Assembly: GCA_038258395.1 (NCBI GenBank)
Contig: JBBSPX010000003.1
Coordinates: 1-39,834, forward strand
Direction of reading: 5' to 3'
Source of the DNA: Gemmatimonadales bacterium
Lineage (GTDB): Bacteria > Gemmatimonadota > Gemmatimonadetes > Gemmatimonadales > GWC2-71-9
Length of the DNA: 39,834 bases
Shown here: piece after piece, positions 10,652-18,845 of the stretch
Layout of the letters: each line of letters starts with the position of its first letter
How positions within the stretch are numbered: position 1 is the stretch's first letter
Notes under the pieces: model-generated
What the model was told of the DNA's origin: nothing
What the model saw: the letters and a program-made list of their open reading frames with translations, nothing else
Databases searched by the model: none
Made by a program: the position numbers and the translations under genes

Positions 10652-10667
10652 AGCATCTTCCGTGCCC
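10652..10667 (-). promoter_or_regulatory. Putative sigma54 -24/-12 promoter for the GT4-GT4-epimerase-ArnT operon
   Basis: Minus strand GGGCACGGAAGATGCT = GG-N10-GC with GGCACG, but ATGC instead of TTGC. Confidence 0.4.
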
Positions 10668-10687
10668 TCCCCACACGATGCGCGACG

Positions 10688-10703
10688 AGGCACTCGGATT
10701 GCA
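10688..10703 (+). promoter_or_regulatory. Putative sigma54 promoter for the FkbM gene
   Basis: AGGCACTCGGATTGCA matches GGCAC-N5-TTGCA, about 110 bp before ATG 10812. Confidence 0.55.
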
Positions 10704-10811
10704 GGAAGTGTATCCTTCAAACTTCACTTGTCCTCATGCGCCCCCTTCCGATGCCGGCCCGACCGCATTCGCTGTCCCGGGCCAAACCCGATCCCTCCGG
10801 TGCCCCTCTTG

Positions 10812-11609
10812 ATGAAACGCCTCCATCGGCTCATGGAATTGGGCTTTCTGGCCCGACATCACGCCTCCGGCCCTGCGGGTGTGGCCGCATTGCTGTCCTG
10901 CTACGCCAAGACGTTCGGCGACCCGATGAGCACGGCCGAGGTCATCCTGCCTCTCCGGGCGGGTGACGCGCGACGCCACGTGGTGATGCGCGCCTGCGAT
11001 ATCTACACGATTGCGGAGGTGTTCCACGAACGGCAATACCAGCTGTCTCGCCGGCTGGGACCGGCACCCGTGATCGTGGACGCGGGAGCGAATATCGGAG
11101 TTGCTTCCACCTGGTTTCTGATGGCGCACCCGGATGCCACCCTGCTGGCCGTCGAACCGGTGTCCGAGAATTTCGGATGGCTCTCCCGAAACCTCAGCGG
11201 AGATCCCCGGGCCACAGTGGTCCAGGCCGCGCTCGGGGCGGAGGAAGCCACTGTCCTGATGGCGCTCTCACTGCACGGTGCCGAGCATGCGGTGGGAACC
11301 GCACCCGGGGTCGCGGGGAGCGAGCCGGTCGAATGCCGGCGGCTCGACCGCCTCCTTGCGGAGCACGCCATCACGCACATCGATCTCCTGAAGCTTGATG
11401 TCGAGGGGAGCGAGCTCGCCGCACTCGCCGGGCTCGGGAGCCGAATCGACCAAGTCGGCGCCATCGTCGCCGAGGTCCATGAGCGGCAAATCGACGTCGA
11501 GGCCTTCTACGCAATGCTGGCAGACCACCACTTCACGGTCGTCCGTCGAAAGTATTATCGTGAGGGAGAGGCGAGCGGGGTCCACACGGTCGAGGCGTGG
11601 CAGGAGTAG
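10812..11609 (+). CDS. FkbM family methyltransferase
   Basis: IVDAGANIG, AVEP and IDLLKLDVEGSE. Start trimmed to ATG 10812. Confidence 0.88.
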   Translation: MKRLHRLMELGFLARHHASGPAGVAALLSCYAKTFGDPMSTAEVILPLRAGDARRHVVMRACDIYTIAEVFHERQYQLSRRLGPAPVIVDAGANIGVASTWFLMAHPDATLLAVEPVSENFGWLSRNLSGDPRATVVQAALGAEEATVLMALSLHGAEHAVGTAPGVAGSEPVECRRLDRLLAEHAITHIDLLKLDVEGSELAALAGLGSRIDQVGAIVAEVHERQIDVEAFYAMLADHHFTVVRRKYYREGEASGVHTVEAWQE

Positions 11610-11629
11610 CCACACCATCGAAAATGCAG

Positions 11630-11645
11630 TGGCATGGGCGTTGCG
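11630..11645 (+). promoter_or_regulatory. Putative sigma54 promoter for the DsrE-like/beta-propeller operon
   Basis: TGGCATGGGCGTTGCG = TGGCAY-N5-TTGC, followed by an AGGAG RBS at 11691-11695. Confidence 0.6.
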
Positions 11646-11701
11646 GCGCTCGCTTGGCATACGCAACCATTGTCCCTTGGCCAAATACAGAGGAGTAGAT
11701 C

Positions 11702-12337
11702 ATGATGGAACGCCGTCGCGTGTTGGGAATGGCCCTCGCTGGGCTGGCTGGCGCCAGCCTCCCTCGTCCGCTGCACGCCGCCGCGTCTGGTCCCCTCGGA
11801 GCAGACGACTGGCTCGAATTTATCGCAGGGAAGGACTACCGCGCTTTCCTCGACATCCGCAGCTTTGCCCCGGATGGAACGCCCTTCCGGAAGGCCGCGA
11901 ACCTGTTGCGCGCCCTCGTCGAGGCGTTCGGCGCCAAGCCGGATCAGGTGGGTATCGCCTTCGGGGCAGGCTCCTCCTCGATCGCCCACGTGTTGGGCCC
12001 GAAGGTCTGGGCTGAGTACGGCGTCGGCCGCATGGTAGCGGGTCTCGCACGCACTCCAGCCGAGGCAACCTCACTGCGGGATGAACCGGCGAAGTGGGCC
12101 GCCACGGGAGGCGAGGCCGTCGCCACGATGCGCTCGGCGGGGATGCGCGTCCTTGCCTGCCGAAACTCCATCGGCCACTGGGCTCAGGCATTCGCCGCTG
12201 AATCCGGAGAGACACCCGAGGCCGTCAACGCCAAGCTTATCGCCGGGCTTCACGCCGGCGTCGAGCCGGTCCCCGCGATGATCGCGGCGGCCGTGCTCGC
12301 ACAGCGACGCGATCTGTCGTACGTCGCGATCGGGTGA
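11702..12337 (+). CDS. Tat-exported DsrE-like (sulfur-relay fold) protein
   Basis: ERRRVL plus hydrophobic stretch plus LHA cleavage site. Single Cys in LACRNS and C-terminal VPAM...LAQ...SYV typical of DsrE/COG1416-like proteins. Confidence 0.65.
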   Translation: MMERRRVLGMALAGLAGASLPRPLHAAASGPLGADDWLEFIAGKDYRAFLDIRSFAPDGTPFRKAANLLRALVEAFGAKPDQVGIAFGAGSSSIAHVLGPKVWAEYGVGRMVAGLARTPAEATSLRDEPAKWAATGGEAVATMRSAGMRVLACRNSIGHWAQAFAAESGETPEAVNAKLIAGLHAGVEPVPAMIAAAVLAQRRDLSYVAIG

Positions 12338-14313
12338 GAGTGGAGCCTGGGTCAGAGCTGACGCCGTCACCTGTGCAGCCTGAATCCAGGTCCGCCATGA
12401 CACGTGCGGTGGACCGGATTGCGCTCGGACTGACGATCGTGGCCGCGGTATTCATGGCGTTCCGCCAACCACCGCCCGACTTCCAGGACATGCTGCCGGT
12501 TGGCCCCGCGGTCTCAGTGTTCTTTCTGCTTCTCGGCGGAGTCCTCTGGATCGCTTTCCTGCAGCTGGGGAAAGCCGGTCCGGGCCGGTCGCACCCATGG
12601 TTGCCGCGACTCATGTTGTATGGGGCTGCAGCGGTGCTGGCCGGGATGCTCGGAACCCGCGTGGCGATTCAGGTGCACCAGCGATGGGACCCGGAGGTAT
12701 GGCCGCCGGGCTTCTCGCAGGCGCGGTCAGTTACCGTCAATGACCTGACCGCAGTCGAACGGGCCACGTGGGCGATATGGTTGGCGCTGCATGCCGCCGG
12801 CGACTCCGTCCGCGCAGACGAGATCCCCGCTATCCCGGCCGACTGGCCATTTCCGGACGACGTACGGCTTGCGATCCGCGGCGGCGAGACCAAAGCACCC
12901 GAATTGGTGGCGGTAACCGGTCGTGGAAACGCAGTGTGCCATGCGATCCTGAGCGCGGATCCCGGGGATTCGATTGAGGCCGTTCGCCTCGAGCCAATCT
13001 GCGACGAGCAGCCAGATGCGGCGTCAGTCCTTGACGCCAAGACCCCGGTTCGATCACACCTCGTGACTGCCGTCGCGGCGCCGACAGGACGCCATGGATC
13101 GTGGTCCCAACATCGGAAGGACGCGGCCCGGTCCGCCGAAGCCGATTCGTCCGGTACCGCGGTCGAGGGATGGCGGGTGCGGGTGCCCACTCCCATCCGG
13201 GCCAGCCTTTCGGTGGTGGACGACCTCGTGCTGGTTGGTGGCCACCTCACGGGATTGGTTGCGGCCCTCGACCGAGACACCGGTGCCGCACGCTGGTTCG
13301 CACGGGCACCGAACTGGATTCACCACGAACCGGTCTCGGACGGGCGGATCGTGGTCGTCGGGTTCGGCGACAAGGACGGGTCGTTTCTCGGGAGAGCGCC
13401 GTCGGGTGTTGCAGCGTTCGAGCTCGCCACGGGAAGGCGACTGTGGACCGCTTTTGACGAGAGCTCGGTGATGACCTCTCCTGTCATCCAGAACGGGATG
13501 GTGCTGTACGTCAGTGCGGCCGGAATGCTGAGGAAACGGGACGCCTCGACCGGCGCACTGATCAAGGAACTCCGCCTTCCTGGTGGGGTCATCATGGGAC
13601 CTCCGACCCTGTCCGCTGGCACACTGGTCATCAACTTGGATCCGGGAACCGTCTGCGCGGTGGAGATCGCGACCTTCGAGGAGCGCTGGTGCAGCACCTT
13701 TCCAGGACTCCGGCGCATGGGGCATGGCAGCCCCGCTATTGCCGGGCAGATGGTCGTCGTCAGCGCGGTCACGTCGATGTTTCCGCCCGGCCCCGCCGAG
13801 TTCGTGAAGTTGCCATTCATGGTCCAGGCGGCGCTTCTCCGGGCAGTGATCTTCCCCAAGTACTGGAGCGCGTCCTATTCGGGGCAGGTGTTCATGGGGC
13901 TTGACCTGGCCACCGGACGGCAACAGTGGATCAGCCGTTTTTTCGGCGTGGAACGAACGACCAAGGGGCACATGGCTGGCACTGCGACGGTCCGGAACGG
14001 TCGAGCGGCAATTGTGCTTCCCCTCGCCGACTCGATCATCGCGTTCGATCCGAATTCTGGTGCGATCGCCTGGAGCAACCCGGCGCATAGCGCCCGTGGC
14101 GCCCCGTTACTCTTCGATGACGTGGTGTTGCTTGCCGGACGGGATGGGATCATTCAGGTTCGGCGGATGACAGACGGCACTGTCACGTGCAGCCTGAAGC
14201 GGGCGGTCGGATGGGATCGCGCCGGTCCGGTGTTGGCCGGTGGCCTCGTGGTCTTCGCTGACCTCACCGGGGGTATCGAGGCGATTCCGACAGGCGAATT
14301 GCTTGGCTGTTGA
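12334..14313 (+). CDS. Membrane-anchored PQQ-like beta-propeller, tetrathionate hydrolase (TetH)-like, copy 1
   Basis: GTGA overlap with the DsrE-like stop. About 3 N-terminal TM helices, then repeated A.D..TG...W blades; blade-by-blade resemblance to TetH recalled from memory. Confidence 0.65.
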   Translation: MRVEPGSELTPSPVQPESRSAMTRAVDRIALGLTIVAAVFMAFRQPPPDFQDMLPVGPAVSVFFLLLGGVLWIAFLQLGKAGPGRSHPWLPRLMLYGAAAVLAGMLGTRVAIQVHQRWDPEVWPPGFSQARSVTVNDLTAVERATWAIWLALHAAGDSVRADEIPAIPADWPFPDDVRLAIRGGETKAPELVAVTGRGNAVCHAILSADPGDSIEAVRLEPICDEQPDAASVLDAKTPVRSHLVTAVAAPTGRHGSWSQHRKDAARSAEADSSGTAVEGWRVRVPTPIRASLSVVDDLVLVGGHLTGLVAALDRDTGAARWFARAPNWIHHEPVSDGRIVVVGFGDKDGSFLGRAPSGVAAFELATGRRLWTAFDESSVMTSPVIQNGMVLYVSAAGMLRKRDASTGALIKELRLPGGVIMGPPTLSAGTLVINLDPGTVCAVEIATFEERWCSTFPGLRRMGHGSPAIAGQMVVVSAVTSMFPPGPAEFVKLPFMVQAALLRAVIFPKYWSASYSGQVFMGLDLATGRQQWISRFFGVERTTKGHMAGTATVRNGRAAIVLPLADSIIAFDPNSGAIAWSNPAHSARGAPLLFDDVVLLAGRDGIIQVRRMTDGTVTCSLKRAVGWDRAGPVLAGGLVVFADLTGGIEAIPTGELLGC

Positions 14314-14373
14314 GCCGTCGGGTTAGAGGCTGGCCCAAGCGGAGACTAGGGTCCGCCCTGTCGCGCAGACGGG

Positions 14374-14444
14374 TACAGAGGAGTAGAGCATGATGGAACG
14401 CCGTCCCACCCTCGCCGGACTCGACGCCGGCGTCGAGCCCGTCC
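14374..14444 (+). pseudogene. Collapsed remnant of the DsrE-like gene forming the RBS and N-terminus of beta-propeller copy 2
   Basis: 14374-14405 matches 11686-11717 (31/32 nt). 14412-14444 matches 12240-12272 (29/33 nt). Confidence 0.75.
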
Positions 14445-16393
14445 AATCGACGAGATGGCCGGGGAGACTGGCGGCTATCTGGCTTGTGGGGCTGGCGCTC
14501 TTCTTCGCCTTCCGCGAGCCGGCCTGGGGCAAGTACGACCCGCTCCCCACCGGGATCATTCCCGGCGCCTGGTACCTCCTGATCGCGGCACTCCTGCTCG
14601 CCACGCTGCGCCATGCCGCGCGAACGACCCTCGTCACGCGGTGGCTACTTCGCACGACCGTCTTGATGGTGACGCTCCTGTTGACGGCGATGGGTTGGAC
14701 ACGGATCCGCCTCGCCCGTGAGGTGAACGCGTCAACCAACGAGTGGCCACCGCGTCCGGAGCGGATCGGTTCCGTCGATATCGACACGCTCACACCGTGG
14801 CAACGTGCGGAATGGGGCGCGAGGATCGGGGGGCATGTGGCGGTGGACCGTGGTCGCCTCGCGTTGCCAATAAGCATTCCGCCAGAGTGGCCACTTCCGA
14901 AGGACGTCGAATTTGCGGTTCGCGAACGGGGCCCTCAGGAATTTGAGATCTGGTCGCGGGTGAGCGATGGCACCGCGGTCTGCCAATCCATCCTGCTCGG
15001 CGCGAACATCGTGGTCGACAGTATTTCGCGGAATCAACGGTGCCGTGACGCCCGCCGTGCACCGCCGGAACTGCATTTCAATGCACCTCAGCGGATCTCC
15101 GAGGCGCGCACAGTCGCTCCGAGCGACGAGCCCCGACCAGCTTGGACTCAATACCGGGCCGACGCTGCCAGGACCGCAAGCCGGGACGGTACGGTTGGCG
15201 GTCCGCCTGCCAGCGGTTGGCGCACGGTGCTCGATGGGCGCATCCGGGCCAGCGCCAGTGTCGCAGGCGACTTGGTTCTGGTGGGTGGGCACGGCACGGG
15301 GAGCCTGACCGCACTCGATCGATCCTCTGGAGCGGTCCGGTGGATCGCCCGCGTCCCAAACTGGGTTCATCAGGACCCCGTCACCGACGGTCGCGTCGTG
15401 GTGGTCGGCTTTGGGGACAATGAGGGATCATTCTCCAGTTGGGCGCCCTCGGGGGTCGCCGCGTACGACCTCGCCACCGGATCGAGACTGTGGACGGGTT
15501 TCGACGAGGGCTCCGTCATGACCAGCCCGATCATTCACGATTCGGTGATCGTCTATGGCAGCGGTGCAGGTCAACTTCGACAGCGATCGCTCGCGAGCGG
15601 GACGCTCCTGATCGACAGGATGCTGCCGGGTCCTGTGACGATGGCACCACCGGTGGCCATCGGCGACACGGTCGTATTCAGCCTCGATTACGGGATGGCA
15701 TGCGCCCTCCTGATCGAGACGCTCCAACCACTCTGGTGCCAAGAAATTTCCGACCTCCGGAAACTCGGGCATTCGTCCCCGACAGTTGCTGGTGACAGGG
15801 TGTTTCTGAGCGGAGTCGCGACGGTCCGGTCGCCATCCCTTGGAGAGTTCCGTCATCTCGGGCGTGGTCTGCAGTGGCGACTGGTCAAGTCCGCGCTCTT
15901 TCCCGGCAAGTACGAGGTGTATGCCGGGCAAGTCTTCCTTGCGCTCGACCTGCACGACGGGCACCAAGTCTGGCGAAGCAAGCTCTTCGCGCTCTCACGC
16001 GATATCGCCGGGCACACGTCCGGCACCGCGACGGTCGAGGACTCCATCGGCGTGGTGGTCCTTCCGGTCGCAGACACCATGGTAGCCTTCTCGACCCACT
16101 CCGGAGTCACGCGCTGGACTGCCAGCGGCCACGCGGCACGCGGCCCCCCATTGATCCTGAACCATCGTCTGGTGATCGCCGGGCGCGACGGCGTCATCGA
16201 GGTGCGGGACCTGGACGATGGCGCACTGCGGTGCACCATACGGCGACCGGTTGGGTGGGACCGGGCCGGACCAATCGTGGCCGGCGGCCTCGTGATCTTC
16301 GCTAACCTGGACGGGGAAATCGAGGCGATCCCGACAGGAGACTTGCTTGGCTGTCGAGCCACCGCGTCAGAGGTCGGCCCGGGCGGAGACTAG
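14390..16393 (+). CDS. Membrane-anchored PQQ-like beta-propeller, TetH-like, copy 2
   Basis: Clear paralog of copy 1 (NW.H..PV.DGR.VVVGFGD, SVMTSP, VGWDRAGP, IEAIPTG). AGGAG RBS. Confidence 0.65.
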   Translation: MMERRPTLAGLDAGVEPVQSTRWPGRLAAIWLVGLALFFAFREPAWGKYDPLPTGIIPGAWYLLIAALLLATLRHAARTTLVTRWLLRTTVLMVTLLLTAMGWTRIRLAREVNASTNEWPPRPERIGSVDIDTLTPWQRAEWGARIGGHVAVDRGRLALPISIPPEWPLPKDVEFAVRERGPQEFEIWSRVSDGTAVCQSILLGANIVVDSISRNQRCRDARRAPPELHFNAPQRISEARTVAPSDEPRPAWTQYRADAARTASRDGTVGGPPASGWRTVLDGRIRASASVAGDLVLVGGHGTGSLTALDRSSGAVRWIARVPNWVHQDPVTDGRVVVVGFGDNEGSFSSWAPSGVAAYDLATGSRLWTGFDEGSVMTSPIIHDSVIVYGSGAGQLRQRSLASGTLLIDRMLPGPVTMAPPVAIGDTVVFSLDYGMACALLIETLQPLWCQEISDLRKLGHSSPTVAGDRVFLSGVATVRSPSLGEFRHLGRGLQWRLVKSALFPGKYEVYAGQVFLALDLHDGHQVWRSKLFALSRDIAGHTSGTATVEDSIGVVVLPVADTMVAFSTHSGVTRWTASGHAARGPPLILNHRLVIAGRDGVIEVRDLDDGALRCTIRRPVGWDRAGPIVAGGLVIFANLDGEIEAIPTGDLLGCRATASEVGPGGD

Positions 16394-16402
16394 TCTCCGC
16401 CC
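16381..16402. repeat. Perfect 22-bp palindrome carrying both convergent stop codons
   Basis: GGGCGGAGACTAGTCTCCGCCC is its own reverse complement. The central CTAG holds the TAG of both genes. Confidence 0.85.
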
Positions 16403-17328
16403 TGTCGTGCTGGCTGGGGCGGCGGGACGACCGCCCGCTCGGGTGCGGTCCTTGGAAGCAGGACACGCGCTTCAGCAGGTTCGTGACCCGCTGTGGCATA
16501 CGGCACGCCATCGGGGGCACCGCCGTTGGGCCAATCCTGTGCCTTCCCCGGCAGGTCCGGCCGAGGTTGCCGATCGAGGTAGGCAGCCACGTCCCAGGCC
16601 TGCTGGTCGGTCAGGGAACCCGGCAGAGAGAGTGGCATGTTGCGCCGGACAAACGCGGCAGCCACTGCGATGCGGGCCATCGAGGCCCCGATGCTGAAGG
16701 ATCGAGGACCCCAGAGCGCCGGGGCCCTTGGGAAGGCCCCGCCTTCACCCTGCGCCCCGTGGCACACCGCACATGTCGAGGCATACACCTCGCGTCCACG
16801 CGTGCTGTCTCCCTCGAGCGTCGGGATGGCAGGGATACCCAAACTGTCTGGGGCAGCACCGCCGACCGGCACGCCCTTCGAGAGGAAGGTGAGATAGGCC
16901 ACAATGTCCTGCATCTCACGACTGTGCGACGGCAGGCTCAGCCCAGCAAGACTCCGGGTCATGCAGTAGTTGATCCGGTCCTCGACGGGGATCACCGCCC
17001 CGACACGACCCAGATATTTCGGGAAGCGTGCCACCACGCCCAACAGTGGAGCCGCGCCGATCTGCCGCCCATCCGCCAGATGACAGCTGGTGCAATTCAG
17101 CGAGCTGAGCGCAAAGTCCGGCAACGAATCGGGCGTGTTCCGCATGATCGCCTGACCACGCCGGATGGCCGCTCCAAGTTGGTCGTTCGGGATCAGCGAG
17201 TCCGCAGGCGGGGACCAGGCCAACGGGACGGCCTCGCCCGGTGTTCGTGCGCACCCTGTCAAACAGATCAGGACGAGGAGGGGCAGGAGGCGCCCCTGGG
17301 TCGAGTGTCGCAATCGGTCGACTGCCAT
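16390..17328 (-). CDS. tsdA: Thiosulfate dehydrogenase/tetrathionate reductase, diheme cytochrome c, lipoprotein
   Basis: Two CxxCH motifs (CTSCH, CAVCH), RINYCMTRS containing the catalytic Cys, PALWGPRSFSIGASMAR, NMP heme-2 ligand motif and lipobox LTGC. Confidence 0.85.
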   Translation of the reverse strand: MAVDRLRHSTQGRLLPLLVLICLTGCARTPGEAVPLAWSPPADSLIPNDQLGAAIRRGQAIMRNTPDSLPDFALSSLNCTSCHLADGRQIGAAPLLGVVARFPKYLGRVGAVIPVEDRINYCMTRSLAGLSLPSHSREMQDIVAYLTFLSKGVPVGGAAPDSLGIPAIPTLEGDSTRGREVYASTCAVCHGAQGEGGAFPRAPALWGPRSFSIGASMARIAVAAAFVRRNMPLSLPGSLTDQQAWDVAAYLDRQPRPDLPGKAQDWPNGGAPDGVPYATAGHEPAEARVLLPRTAPERAVVPPPQPARQGGD

Positions 17329-17364
17329 ACGAATAGCCCCTGTTCAGGTACAGTGGAACAGCAT

Positions 17365-17380
17365 TGCAAGCACCATGCCC
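17365..17380 (-). promoter_or_regulatory. Putative sigma54 promoter for tsdA
   Basis: Minus strand GGGCATGGTGCTTGCA = GGCAY-N5-TTGCA, about 37 bp before the ATG. Confidence 0.55.
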
Positions 17381-17417
17381 CTCTGGGTGCCCCGGCCGTC
17401 CTTGCGCCCGTGCAGGT

Positions 17418-18845
17418 TCAATCCTCCACGACATGCGTTTCGAAGTGCCGGCGATGTTCCTGCCACAACGAGGTATTGAACCCTGCCGGTTCGAGACACT
17501 CCGCCGCTGCGTACGCCATCGCCAGGGCGTGATGCGTGTTGTCGTGTGCGAACAACCCCTGCCGGCCATAGCTCAACAGCCGTGGCAGTGACTCCGCCCA
17601 CGCATCGAGCTCGGCAAACGGTCCTTCATAGCCGGTGGCGTAGATCGGATACGCCTGCTTCAGGCGGCGCACATGGATCCCGTCCGGTGCGACCGGCAAC
17701 GGAACGCCCGCCCGCGCAAGATCCTCCGCCACGAGTGCGCCAAGCGCCGCGTCGTCGAGCTTCCACCACGGGTCGTCCGGCCCGGCAGGCAACTCGGCGC
17801 AGAGCACGGTATGCCCCGGTGTTGCGCGCAGGTCGCCATAGTTCTTCGGTTCCGACAGCCGGGTGATCCGGAGGTCGGCACTGGGGAAGTAATGCGCGTC
17901 GAACTCGGTGAACTGATCGATCGGGAGCGAGAGGTACACCAACAACATGCCGCGGTACTCCATCGCGCCTGCTGCCCGCTTCACCGCGTCGGGGACATCG
18001 TCGCCGATCAGTCGTGCGAGCAGGGTGATCGGAATCGTAGACCAGAGCTGATCGGCTTCGACACGCTCGACCGCCCCGTCGTGCTCCGCCTCGATGATCC
18101 ACGGGTCACTTGCGCCGGCCGGCGGAACCAGTCTGGTCACCCGGCGGCCGTACCGGAATTCCGCGCCCAGCGCGGTGGCCGCGTCGGCATATGCCTCGCT
18201 GATCTGGCCATAACCGTGACGCGGATAGAAGAACCTCCCGGCACCGGGCGGTTTGAGGCCGGGTACGGCGTTCAGGACCTTGCGCGCCAGCTTGAGGAAC
18301 GATCCAGCCGACACGCGACGGCGGGCCTGGATGCCGGAGAGCTCCGAGGGATCACGGCCCCAGATCTTGCGCGCGTATGGAAAGTAGAAGGAATCGCAAA
18401 TCGTCGGACCGAGATTTGCCCACAGCACATCGGCAAAGGAGTCGCCTGTCGGCGGCCGACGAAACGGTTTCACCACCATGTCACGGAAGGTGCCCAGCGC
18501 GAAGCCGGGATCGAGTCGGATCAGCAGGTCCTGCGGCTTGAGCGGAAAATGAATCCAGCGACCGCGCAACCCGATGCGGCCATGACGCGGGCGGTCGAGC
18601 AGGTCGTCACCGAGGAGGTCTACGATTTCCGCCATGATCCCGGGATCGGTCGCGGGATGGAGCCGGTGACTGCCGTAGTCCACCCGCATCCCCGCGAATT
18701 CGAAGGAGCCGGCGTTGCCCCCGGGGACGGCCTGCTGCTCGAGCACAGTAACCCGCGCCCGGTCAAGCTGTCGCAATTTGAACGCGCCGCCGACGCCGGC
18801 AGGGCCGGCACCGAGAATGACGACGCGTGGCGGAGACGTACTCAT
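17418..18845 (-). CDS. FAD-dependent oxidoreductase (COG1232, NDP-sugar mutase-like)
   Basis: GAGPAG dinucleotide motif, DYGSHRLH, YARKIWG, FFYPRHGYGQI, AYPIY and GRQGLF. Confidence 0.75.
   Translation of the reverse strand: MSTSPPRVVILGAGPAGVGGAFKLRQLDRARVTVLEQQAVPGGNAGSFEFAGMRVDYGSHRLHPATDPGIMAEIVDLLGDDLLDRPRHGRIGLRGRWIHFPLKPQDLLIRLDPGFALGTFRDMVVKPFRRPPTGDSFADVLWANLGPTICDSFYFPYARKIWGRDPSELSGIQARRRVSAGSFLKLARKVLNAVPGLKPPGAGRFFYPRHGYGQISEAYADAATALGAEFRYGRRVTRLVPPAGASDPWIIEAEHDGAVERVEADQLWSTIPITLLARLIGDDVPDAVKRAAGAMEYRGMLLVYLSLPIDQFTEFDAHYFPSADLRITRLSEPKNYGDLRATPGHTVLCAELPAGPDDPWWKLDDAALGALVAEDLARAGVPLPVAPDGIHVRRLKQAYPIYATGYEGPFAELDAWAESLPRLLSYGRQGLFAHDNTHHALAMAYAAAECLEPAGFNTSLWQEHRRHFETHVVED

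Noticed and set aside
14308-14349. Cys-TGA followed by 11 in-frame codons to TAG in propeller 1, which looked like possible selenocysteine or readthrough
   Set aside because: The paralog has CGA (Arg) at this position, so a CGA-to-TGA nonsense change trimming a 12-aa tail is simpler. No SECIS was evident.
12334-16393. Calling the propellers BamB or PQQ dehydrogenases
   Set aside because: They have multi-TM N-termini rather than a lipobox, no bam or pqq context, and no recognisable quinoprotein dehydrogenase motifs.
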